A stretch of DNA of 64,000 nucleotides from Diplonema japonicum (Eukaryota > Protista > Euglenozoa: Diplonemea), in NCBI GenBank assembly GCA_964019335.1, contig OZ025652.1, positions 310,001 through 374,000 on the forward strand. The letters run 5' to 3'. Position numbers and translations under genes: made by a program. The notes beneath the pieces were generated by a model that saw nothing but the letters and a program-made list of their open reading frames with translations, did not search any database and was not told where the DNA came from. Of the stretch, positions 55,448-64,000 are shown piece by piece (position 1 is the stretch's first letter; each line of letters opens with the position of its first letter).

Positions 55448-55654
55448 CTAGACCCTCCCCTTGGACCTTCCGAACGATGTCGGCTGCCAGGTGCTGTCGT
55501 CGCTCCACCCGCCTGTGTAGAACTGGTTCGGGAGCCCCATCTGTGGCTCCGTGCCTCGCTGATATTTTAGGTCCTGCGCCGCATCGACGTTGGAGAGGAA
55601 CCTGCCGTCATTCCCAGCGTCGTAGCCTGCATGCCTTGCGCCAAGGTAGGGCAT
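55448..55654 (-). CDS. Small conserved protein, paralog B (68 aa, intronless)
   Basis: MPYLGARHAGY...NVDAAQDLKYQRGT...DDSTWQPTSFGRSKGRV; amino-acid conservation with synonymous changes relative to paralog A. Confidence 0.8.
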   Translation of the reverse strand: MPYLGARHAGYDAGNDGRFLSNVDAAQDLKYQRGTEPQMGLPNQFYTGGWSDDSTWQPTSFGRSKGRV

Positions 55655-55759
55655 CTTTTTGTGTGTATGTTAGTGTGCTGCTGGGTGGGTTGCAAGGGGG
55701 AAAACAAGGTTCGAAAAGACAAAAACAGCTCATGACGACCCTTCTACACCACAACCTTC

Positions 55760-56164
55760 TTAGATGTTGCTGGGGTACAGGTACACACGGATCTTCTTGC
55801 CGATGGCCTGCGCGGGGAGGTTGGGGCTGAACTTGGCACGGACGGCACCACTGTTACCGTGGGCACGGGTGATACGGCCCCACATCACACGGGCACGGGA
55901 CTTCAGCTTGGGGTTCTGGGCGGAGCGGATCTGGCTGGACTGTAAGAATGTGTTTTAGACAGAAAAAAAAGGTAAAATAAAACATACAGCCTTCTTGCCC
56001 TTGAACACGTAGGCAACACGCTTACCGAAGTAGAACTCGGAGTCCTTCTTGGTCCTGACGTTCTTGATCTTCAGAAGCGAAGTGTGCTGTTCTTGGCGAC
56101 GCTGACCCCTCCTGAACGAGGTCATCACGGCGGGCTGGAAGAGTCTGATGTTTCCCTTGGTCAT
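55760..56164 (-). CDS. RPL35A: 60S ribosomal protein eL33 (L35a), copy 1
   Basis: [18 protein letters not shown]|..[37 protein letters not shown]; intron 55940-55987. Confidence 0.95.
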
Positions 56165-56356
56165 TTTAATGAGTTTTTCTTAATCAACTGCGGGTGTTCG
56201 GGGTTTCGTTATTAAACAAAAGAAATGGGGGGATTTCTTTGGTGTCTCCTTTCCACTGCCTTGCGTAATAAAGTACTGAAGCCAAATGGGACACAGGGTG
56301 GGGGGGTCAATTCAAATCACTCAATGATAGGGGTGGTCGTAGTTGTGATTGGCCAC

Positions 56357-56760
56357 TTAAATGTTGCTGGGGTACAGGTACACTCTGATCTTCTTGCCGA
56401 TGGCCTGCGCGGGGAGGTTGGGGCTGAACTTGGCACGGACGGCACCACTGTTACCGTGGGCACGGGTGATACGGCCCCACATCACACGGGCACGGGACTT
56501 CAGCTTGGGGTTCTGGGCGGAGCGGATCTGGCTGGACTGTAAGAATATGTTTTAGACAGAAAAAAAGGTAAAATAAAACATACAGCCTTCTTGCCCTTGA
56601 ACACGTAGGCAACACGCTTACCGAAGTAGAACTCGGAGTCCTTCTTGGTCCTGACGTTCTTGATCTTCAGAAGCGACGTGTGCTGCTCTTGGCGACGCTG
56701 ACCCCTCCTGAACGAGGTCATCACGGCGGGCTGGAAGAGTCTGATGTTTCCCTTGGTCAT
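56357..56760 (-). CDS. RPL35A: 60S ribosomal protein eL33 (L35a), copy 2
   Basis: Same protein; intron 56537-56583. Confidence 0.95.
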
Positions 56761-57281
56761 TTTGGTTCTTTTTTGTTTTTCCTTCTTCCTTTAAACGAAA
56801 TCGGTTTTTTTTTTTAAAACAGGAATGAGGGGGTAAAAAATAGGGGGGTTATAAAAAAAATGGGGGAAGGGGAATATTTGAAGAGGACGAGAAGAGGAAA
56901 ACAAAAAAAAAGGGGTATGTAAATAACCCCAAAGACAAAAGTGAAAAAGAAAAAAAATGGGGGAGGGGGTGCTCTACACCACACCGCAAGGAGGGAAAAA
57001 AAAAGGACTTTGTATCTACCGATGGAAAGTTGGGACGTTGAAAAAAACCCCCAGCTACATAAAAGGGTAGCAATTTACCTTTTTGTTTTCCTCTTCTTTT
57101 TTTTCCCCCTCATCCCCACGGTTTTTTCTTTTTCCTTTTACCCTTTTTTTTTTTCTTCTTTCTTTTTTTTTTTTGCGTTCAGCGAAGGGGGGGAGGTAGA
57201 AAGGGGGGAAAGAACAAATTCTTTTTCAAACCCCTTGTTGTTGTTGTTTTTTTTTTTTTTTTTTTTTTTTTTTTCTTCCTC

Positions 57282-57572
57282 TTATTCAGGTTCCACTGGA
57301 GACAGCCCGCGTGGGGTTGTAATGTTCATGGAACTATTTGTTAAATTTAGCGTGTCTGGCATTATGTCATCGGAAGAGGCAATTTGACTAATGTCGCTTA
57401 CTGCGTGGATCAGCCGGGCTCGGTGACCCTTCTTGAATCCCATTTCCACAAGGTCAGTCTCTGTCAAGGTAATCAGTGACCTGAGATCATCGTAACCCTC
57501 GTCCAAAAGAACACCTCCATAGGCTAAAAGATTGAGCTCCTCTAGAAAATCTACGACCTCTAGCTCCGCCAT
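57282..57572 (-). CDS. Small stand-alone SAM-domain protein
   Basis: VVDFLEELNLLAY..LLDEGYDDLRSLITLTETDLVEMGFKKGHRARLIHAV fits the SAM consensus; ATG 57572. Confidence 0.8.
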   Translation of the reverse strand: MAELEVVDFLEELNLLAYGGVLLDEGYDDLRSLITLTETDLVEMGFKKGHRARLIHAVSDISQIASSDDIMPDTLNLTNSSMNITTPRGLSPVEPE

Positions 57573-57794
57573 CTTTAGCTTCTCGGTCTCATGTGCAGTG
57601 AACGATATCAAAGGGTGGTAGTCCTGCTGTTGCTCCTTTTTACGCGGCGTGTGTCGCTTTCGTTGCTGTTTTTTTTTTTTTTTTTTTTTTTCAATACCGA
57701 GTTAGGACGTTCTGTCGATGTGTTGCAGCGCGATATAGCATTATGTCTGATTTTTCTATTTTTTTTTTGTTGTTGTTGTTTTGTATTTTTTTTT

Positions 57795-58109
57795 TTATCT
57801 TATATTATACCCAACAGCCAGGGACGGTATTTCCTGCACCGATTTAGGAATATCGGGGGCCCCTGTCCCGCAATACAAACGAGGGGGCATTGGTGCGGAC
57901 CTTGACCTCTTGATGGCTTTGGGATAGTTACAGGAAGAGAAGCAGGCTGGACGGGGCGGGGGGTTTGCCTTCCGGTGGCCGAACCCTCCCTCCACCGGCA
58001 CAAATTTCACCTTGCTTTTGCTGACCACCGTGCGCCTCATGAAGCCAGGTTCCACCTTCCGAGTAGATGCCAGTTGCGTGGGATCACCAATGTGGATGTG
58101 CTTACCCAT
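57795..58109 (-). CDS. Hypothetical basic protein (104 aa)
   Basis: GC-rich ORF exactly bounded by homopolymer tracts, on the common strand. Confidence 0.5.
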   Translation of the reverse strand: MGKHIHIGDPTQLASTRKVEPGFMRRTVVSKSKVKFVPVEGGFGHRKANPPPRPACFSSCNYPKAIKRSRSAPMPPRLYCGTGAPDIPKSVQEIPSLAVGYNIR

Positions 58110-58111
58110 GT

Positions 58112-58147
<36 letters not shown>

Positions 58148-58626
58148 TGTGTACCTGGAATTTACAGCGGGAGGAAGAAGAGGGATGGTTTTAAATAAAT
58201 TGGTACGCCTTCTGCACTGGAACTCTGAACTCAGGGACCGTGAGCAACCTTCACAAAAGTTATTTCCATGTGGAGGCTGTCGAAGGGAACGCAAGTAATA
58301 AACGTTGTATTCTTTTTGTTGCTGCAAGGGGGGGGGGGGGGGGGGGGGCGATGCGAAAGTCACGAAAAAGGGAACAGTACGAAATGTTGGGAAGGGGGGG
58401 GGGTTTTTTTTTCTTTCTTTCTTTTTTTTCCTTTCTAAAAATAGTGTCGAGCAGTACTGTGTGTAGATGTGATACTTTACTTACTCATTTCCCTCCCTCC
58501 CACCTGCATTTCTCAAATGTTGATCTTTTTTTTCTTCTTCTTTTTTTTTTCCTTTCCCCCTTTAGTTAGTGCAAAGGCATACTGCCCCTGCACCACCACA
58601 TGCCTGAAAAAGGGAAAGAAATATAT

Positions 58627-58847
58627 GAGAGTTAAAGGAGGCCGGTGTTGGCGGCGCCCTGCACAAGAACTGTCTACTTGATTACAGGGTGCACCACGGC
58701 CGAGTTGTAGCTTTTTCTGCGTTCCGCTCGTGTCCTTAATGCGTGCGGTGTGCAGCTCAACCCCAGACGGGACGTCTCAGGTAACCAAGATTCGGCGCTC
58801 ATGCAGTTTAACTGCCTGTTCGTTATCAACAGTGAACAACACATCTG
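58627..58847. repeat. Dispersed GC-rich repeat family (long copy with stem-loop)
   Basis: Matches 15684-15796. Arms GGCCGGTG..GCGCCCTG and CAGGGTGC.CCACGGCC can pair. Confidence 0.7.
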
Positions 58848-59227
58848 ATGTACTTCTTATATTTCCAAGCTATCCCCACCTTTAAAAAAAAAAACGGGGG
58901 GAAAACAACAACAAAAAAAAAAAAGTGTCACCACTCCCTTATTCCCCCTCTCCTGTCTTTCCTGCCCCCCCTCCTCCTTTTTTTTTTCATTCTCCTCTTT
59001 TTTATGATCTATTACCTTAAAACTAGCTAGTAAGAAAAAAGGGGGGGAACAGTGGGGAAAAGCGGAGGGAGGATGAAAAGCAAAAAGGAATTCACCATGA
59101 CGGGGGGGAAGGAGGAGGGGGTGAAAATAACAAAAATAATTACACCCCCCCTTTTTTTCTTTTTTACCATTATGGGAGGGGAGGGGACTACTAAACTTTT
59201 TTTTTTTTTTTTTTTTTTTTTCCTTCT

Positions 59228-60007
59228 TTACAATCCCCTGCCTCGCAAGAGAGCCCGTTGGTTGTGGTAATGCGTGGCACAGAAGGGGGAGGTGACGGGC
59301 GCGCGTCGACATATCAAGATCATGTACTTCAAAAACGCTTGGGCGTACTGTCTCCCGCACACCTTTGAGGGGTCCTCCTCACACCAGGTTTTGAAAATTT
59401 GGAAAGGGACGAATTCAGCAACATCCGATTCCTCATTAACCTTGATCTGATGGACCTCACTGGTCACTGGGTACAGGAAAACCGTTGAGTTTTGCACATC
59501 GATACGCTGAGCCTGCGTGTTCTTCCACAAAAAATTCTCGAGCAATATTAACTCCTTCACGTTGGCGTTGATGTCCAGCTCTTCCTTCAAACCCCTTAAC
59601 GCTGTCTCGTACATCGTCTCACCAGGCTCAACATGTTCACCTGTTACACCCCATTTCCCCGCACAGGTTACCGATGTAGTGCTGCGTTTTTGCAGCAAAA
59701 TCGTTTCTTTTTTAAAGTCAACCACAAAGACCCATGTTGCCCAGTGTGCCACGCCTCTTGTATGGGCGTCGTCGATGTTGATGGGGCGCAGCTTCTGCCG
59801 CGACACGGTGTCGTACGCCTCGATGTAGCTGTTGTGGATGCTTGTCTGTGTTTTTCCGACAAATGAGAAAGTTGTGTACAATGTGAGAACAACGAGGAGG
59901 AAGAAGGACATAACCCATGAAGGCTGTTTCTTATCGTCTCTCGGCATCCTACCAGCAGGGCTTGCTAAGGAGGCGTCATCGCCATCCGATTCTGTCTTCC
60001 ATTTCAT
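59228..60007 (-). CDS. Nudix hydrolase (IDI/YfcD-like) with N-terminal signal anchor
   Basis: AHTRGVAHWATWVFV..ILLQKRS..GKW..GEHVEPGETMYETALRGLKEELDI (variant Nudix box); hydrophobic segment near residues 31-50. Confidence 0.85.
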   Translation of the reverse strand: MKWKTESDGDDASLASPAGRMPRDDKKQPSWVMSFFLLVVLTLYTTFSFVGKTQTSIHNSYIEAYDTVSRQKLRPINIDDAHTRGVAHWATWVFVVDFKKETILLQKRSTTSVTCAGKWGVTGEHVEPGETMYETALRGLKEELDINANVKELILLENFLWKNTQAQRIDVQNSTVFLYPVTSEVHQIKVNEESDVAEFVPFQIFKTWCEEDPSKVCGRQYAQAFLKYMILICRRAPVTSPFCATHYHNQRALLRGRGL

Positions 60008-60082
60008 ATCCCTTTTTTTTTTTTTTTTTTTTTTTGGTTTTGTTGTCGCATTGGTTAAAAAAAAAAAAAATGCAAGATGGTT

Positions 60083-60113
<31 letters not shown>

Positions 60114-60119
<6 letters not shown>

Positions 60120-60856
60120 TTCACTCTTCAGAAATTACTTCACGCACTGGGGGCCCATTACTTCACGCTAAATCTCATTACTTCACGGTGAAATAATGGC
60201 CTGTTTTCCGTGAAGTAATAGGGGGTTTCCGTTAAATAATATGCCTCGGTAGGCCAATTTTTGCCTCGGTTCGGTTCCCAGTGGGGCTACTTTTTCCTCT
60301 CAGTTTGCTAATTTCCCCCCAGGTTCAGCTCAATTGGCCAACTTTTGCCTCGGCTCAGTTCCAAGTTGGACTACTTTTTCCTCCCAATTTGCCCACTTTT
60401 GGCTAGGCCTTGTTCCCAGTTTCTGTCGGTAACTCTTCTGTGGGTAAGGGTAACTTAGTCAGCTTACCCAAGCACCCCAAAAGACTTCAAAATACCGAAG
60501 CAGCAGAAAAAAAGGAGCCAGCGGCCGCGCTAGGTATGGGAAGGCCTGATTAGAGATGGTGACAGTGGCAATGCCAGCGACAGCGGCAGCTCTAAGTCAA
60601 CAAAAGGAGGAAAAACAACTTGTATTGTAACCTTTGTAACCCCTCTCTTGTTGTACCCCTTGTCACCCTGTTGTGCCCCTCGTGGTGAAGTAATTTCAGA
60701 GTGTCGTGAAATAAAACCACTTACCTACCGCCAAGTAATGCTTTACCGACCTCTCGGTTCCGCATTTTACCATCTCGGGCCCTGCGGGCCCTCGACGGTA
60801 AAATGCGGAACCTCGAGGTAACGGTAAAGTCATTACTTGTTGGCAGTAAATAGCTC
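60114..60856 (+). mobile_element. Non-autonomous element with asymmetric inverted repeats and 3' hairpin (Helentron/HINE-like), copy 2
   Basis: TTTTATTTCACTCTTCAGAAATTACTTCAC (60114-60143) versus GTGAAGTAATTTCAGAGTGTCGTGAAATAAAA (60685-60716). Hairpin of ~130 nt at 60721-60849. Internal TTACTTCACG repeats and a ~57-bp direct repeat. T-runs on both sides. Confidence 0.72.
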
Positions 60857-60874
60857 TTTTTTTTTTTTTTTTTT

Positions 60875-61207
60875 TCATTTCATCGTTATTATAACGGTTG
60901 TCTTCCTCCCCAGTGCCCCGCGTACCTCTTCTCTTCCCTTTACCGTTTTCCCGTTTATTTTTAGGATTTTTCTACCCAGGAGGGTTTTTTTGCTATGTGT
61001 CTTCGTTATGTGCATTGTGGGGTCGATTCTTATCTTGTCGCTTTTGCTGACCTCAACCTCAATCTCGGGGGTCAACGGAGGGGTGGTGGAATACTTTCTG
61101 ATGAGCTTGTTCGCAAGTACTTCTCTGTGAAGATCTTGCTCTGCTTCATCGAGCCTTTGTTCCAGATCTGCAAGCACCTCAGAATTCACCGGGCTTGTGG
61201 AAGCCAT
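60875..61207 (-). CDS. Hypothetical protein (coiled coil plus possible PDZ-like C-terminus)
   Basis: 110-aa ORF; LGRKILKINGKTV...EEVRGAL..TVIIT resembles the C-terminal half of a PDZ domain. Confidence 0.55.
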   Translation of the reverse strand: MASTSPVNSEVLADLEQRLDEAEQDLHREVLANKLIRKYSTTPPLTPEIEVEVSKSDKIRIDPTMHITKTHSKKTLLGRKILKINGKTVKGREEVRGALGRKTTVIITMK

Positions 61208-61482
61208 AGACAGAGTTCTTGTGTTGTGTGTCTGTTAATGAAAAACCGACGAATGGATGGTAGGGGGGGGGGGAATGCGAACACTTTAAAAAAAAAAGAA
61301 CGTTTGCTATAAAAAAAAAAAGAAAAGGGAAAAAATAAGAACGAAAAGAGGTTTGTTTCAATGAGATAATTAAAAGAAAGAAAAAAAAAAACCATTCATT
61401 CCCTTCTCCCTTCGGACCGTGTCTACTAAAAAAAAAACCCCCCCCTCCCTTTTTTTTTAAAAAAAAAGAATTAATGTGTTCC

Positions 61483-62079
61483 TCAATTCTTTTGAACTTT
61501 CTTCCCGACTTTTTTTTTTGGTATGGCTTTCTTTGCCGTTTTTTGCTTCTTTGCAGGTACTTTTTTAATCTTCGTAACAGGGCTTTTGGCCTTCTTAGCG
61601 CTAGCAACAGTCGCTTTTTTAAGCTTCGTGGGTTTAACCTTCTTAGGAGGGCTAGCAGCAGTCGGCTTGGTGGTCACCGTTTTCTTCACACCATTTTTTT
61701 TCCGCCCGGTTTTGGGAGGTACAGGAACAGGTGTGGCTAAGCCGCCTGTGAGACATTCCCTAGCTCGTTGTGCTCCCGCAATATGTCTGATGTTAAGGGT
61801 TTTTGATTTACAAATGGCAGCCACGATGTTAGCATCCTTCACCAAGTCATGTATGTGTCTCTCAGTGGCCTCCTGGAGCATCTCAAGAGCCCCCGGGCTG
61901 CACCTGAGACCCGACTTAAAAGTATCCACCTCGTTACGAATTAATCTACTAAAGGGTGCTTTTTGGAGAACCTGGGTTGTGCTCTTTGACAAGCGAAGGT
62001 ACTGTCTCTTTGCGACCGTTCCCGCCTTGAACCTTTTCTTTTCTACCAAACCCTTGCGTGCTTTTTTCACAGGTTTCAT
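61483..62079 (-). CDS. Divergent histone H3-fold protein fused to an H1-like Lys/Ala/Pro-rich C-terminal tail
   Basis: KRFKAGTVAKRQYLRLSKSTTQVLQKAPFSRLIR...LQEATE...DANIVA...KTL..HI..AQRAR aligns without gaps to H3 residues ~39-131. It is followed by ~87 aa with 29 Lys and no acidic residue. Confidence 0.88.
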   Translation of the reverse strand: MKPVKKARKGLVEKKRFKAGTVAKRQYLRLSKSTTQVLQKAPFSRLIRNEVDTFKSGLRCSPGALEMLQEATERHIHDLVKDANIVAAICKSKTLNIRHIAGAQRARECLTGGLATPVPVPPKTGRKKNGVKKTVTTKPTAASPPKKVKPTKLKKATVASAKKAKSPVTKIKKVPAKKQKTAKKAIPKKKVGKKVQKN

Positions 62080-63002
62080 TTTTTTTTTCTTCTTTTTTTT
62101 TTTTAAAAAAAAAATACCTTTTGTGAGTATGAGGGGTTTGGGGGTTTCATTTCAGCAGCATTACCTGAGCTGCCAGTAGTCATGAAAATGTGCCATGGAC
62201 ACTGCTATTGACTCCATTGGGGGGTGGGGGGGCGAAGTAAAAAAATAAAAAATGGAAAATACAGCCAAGGGAGATAAAAGAAAAAGGGGAGGGGAAATGT
62301 GGGGAGGGGGGAGTGGGGCAAATTTTATTCTCTGCACCCAAACTTTTGAAAACGGGGAGGGGGGGGGGGGGGGGGGGGGTAAGGGGAGGAAGACACAAAC
62401 AAATTCTAAAAAAGAAAAAATAAAGAAAAAGAGGGGAAAAAATGGGGGTTAAAACAAAGGGGTTTTAAAAGGACACTTTTTTTTTTTCTTTCTCTTTTTC
62501 TTCTTCTGAAGGGGGGGGGAAGCAGAGAAAAGGGACTTTTACACCAAATCGGTGTGTTTCTATCTGTTAATGCCGATGACAAAAAAAAAAAAGCGAAACA
62601 GGAGAGGGAAAAAAAAACACACACGTCATGTGCTTTTCCTCCTATACCCATCTTTTTTTCTTTTTTGCTCCTTTAATCCTTTTTTGAGATCCTGCAGGTC
62701 TTTTCTCCTTTAAACAAGACAGGAATCGAAATCTCTTAATAGAAGTGGGGAAGTGGGAAGGGTGAAGGGGGGCGGGCACAAAAAAAAAGGGGGGGTGGAA
62801 GTAGAAGTAAAAAAACAATGGTGCGGGTGCGTTTACAAAGGGAGAGAATTTCTTTTTTTTTTTTCTAACTTTTTTTTTTATTTTTTATTTTTATATTTTA
62901 ATCGCAGCGTCAACGTACCCTCTGCTGCTGGGGGCAATCACAAAAAAATACGTTGCAGTACGTTAAAGGATGATTTTTTTTTTTTTTCTTCTTCTTCTGC
63001 TT

Positions 63003-64000
63003 CTAATGCTGAGAGAGAAGGTGGTTCGAGAAACTCTTAAAGACATCCAGGAGGCCGTTCTTGGTCAACTCTTCCATCAACCTCCAGACAGTCTCAGGCT
63101 CTTCGCGAAGCTGTTATTATTTTTAAATTTTTTTTCTTCTTTTTTTTTTTCTTTTTTTAATTTTACCCAATACCTTATCCAGGAAAGTCTTAGAAAGCAT
63201 AACCTTCGACGTATCTGTGAGTGTCTGCACCTCATGTCTTACTGACAGAACATATAACGGAAGACAATTCTGAGCCGTCACCCATGCTTCGCATTCTTTC
63301 CTCAGGTCTTGATTCGTCAGCTCCAGCTCGCTGTCCATTTTGAGCGTCAGCGTGATGAGCTCCGGGGTGATCGGTTCTCCGTCATTTTCTATGGTCCCGC
63401 GATACAAGGCCTCGAAGAAGGCAATGTAAGTCTCATCAGAAAACATGTACTGTTCTTCGTTAGGGAACTGGTACGAGGACCCCTGTGTGGAATGTGCGAA
63501 AATGAAAGAACAATTACGTACCTCCCAGCGCTGCGTCTGCTGAGCTCTGTTGCGAAGCACCACCTTATGAAGCTGCATGCTTGCCCCCTTCGGGAGAATG
63601 ACCTCCATGTCAGAGAACACCCCCGACTTCGACAAACTGTTGAGGTCCACCGACAGCTGCCTCTCCTCGACGGCGGGGTTGAACGAAATATCACCAAGCT
63701 CCGCCTTTTTTTTTTTTTTTTTTTTTATTTTCCCCTTCCAAAAAAATAAAATGAAGTATCACACCTTCGAACGCATGATGAGCGACAGCTTCCTGTTGAG
63801 CTTTCCAGGGATGTCGTCGAAACGTGGGTCCTGGATGAGCTCGTCATAGTTGGCGGTGAGAACTCTCAAGAAAATAAGCTGAAGAGGGGAGTCCGTCGTC
63901 GACTCGCTGGATTGGATCACCTCCTGCACGCTCTCGCAGCCGATGAGCTGCAGGACGTTTTTCCCGGTGATGAGAGGCTGGCTGAGCTCAAGACACTTCT
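63003..64000 (-). CDS. BTB/POZ-BACK domain protein (3' part; 5' end beyond window)
   Basis: FSDMEVIL..MQLHKVVL..AFFEALY BTB pattern with BACK-like helices. Introns 63705-63764, 63483-63521 and 63111-63173; stop TAG at 63003. Confidence 0.78.

Noticed and set aside
61523-62179. 218-aa hydrophobic plus-strand ORF
   Set aside because: Antisense shadow of the Lys-rich H3-H1 gene (AAA/AAG read as TTT/CTT).
62103-62183. Upstream ORF (MTTGSSGNAAEMKPP...) as a longer N-tail exon of the H3 variant
   Set aside because: Joining would need a 26-29-nt intron, shorter than any supported here (35 nt or more); unspliced it stops at TAA.
1-64000. Alternative genetic code, CRISPR arrays, tRNA/rRNA or spliced-leader RNA genes
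   Set aside because: TAA, TAG and TGA all terminate conserved genes, and apparent internal stops are resolved by introns. No repeat-spacer array or recognisable structural RNA was seen by eye; tRNAscan/Infernal were not run.

Overview
Eukaryotic protist DNA, inferred to be euglenozoan and most likely diplonemid-like. The basis is that ~27 genes all lie on the minus strand, introns are tiny GT-AG (35-97 nt), and intergenic DNA is rich in homopolymers. Left to right: the 5' part of a giant Cys-rich (GCC2/GCC3-type) surface protein; cathepsin B; an SH2-SAM-STE/MAP3K kinase; a decayed piggyBac nested in a non-autonomous subTIR + hairpin element; a P/U-type cyclin; a Ubl-ankyrin protein; otubain; a 27-kb tandem array of six Patched/Dispatched-family (SSD/RND) transporters; a tetraspanin-like protein; SAP18; phytochelatin synthase; PDIA6; a pair of ~67-aa microprotein paralogs; two eL33 (RPL35A) copies; SAM, Nudix and BTB proteins; and a divergent histone H3 fold fused to an H1-like lysine-rich tail. 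The strongest novelty candidates are the H3-H1 fusion histone, a conserved GTG/CTG-initiated N-terminal extension in five Dispatched paralogs, the mosaic Dispatched array, and a Helentron-like hairpin element family. All gene models and alignments were made by eye; no database searches were run.
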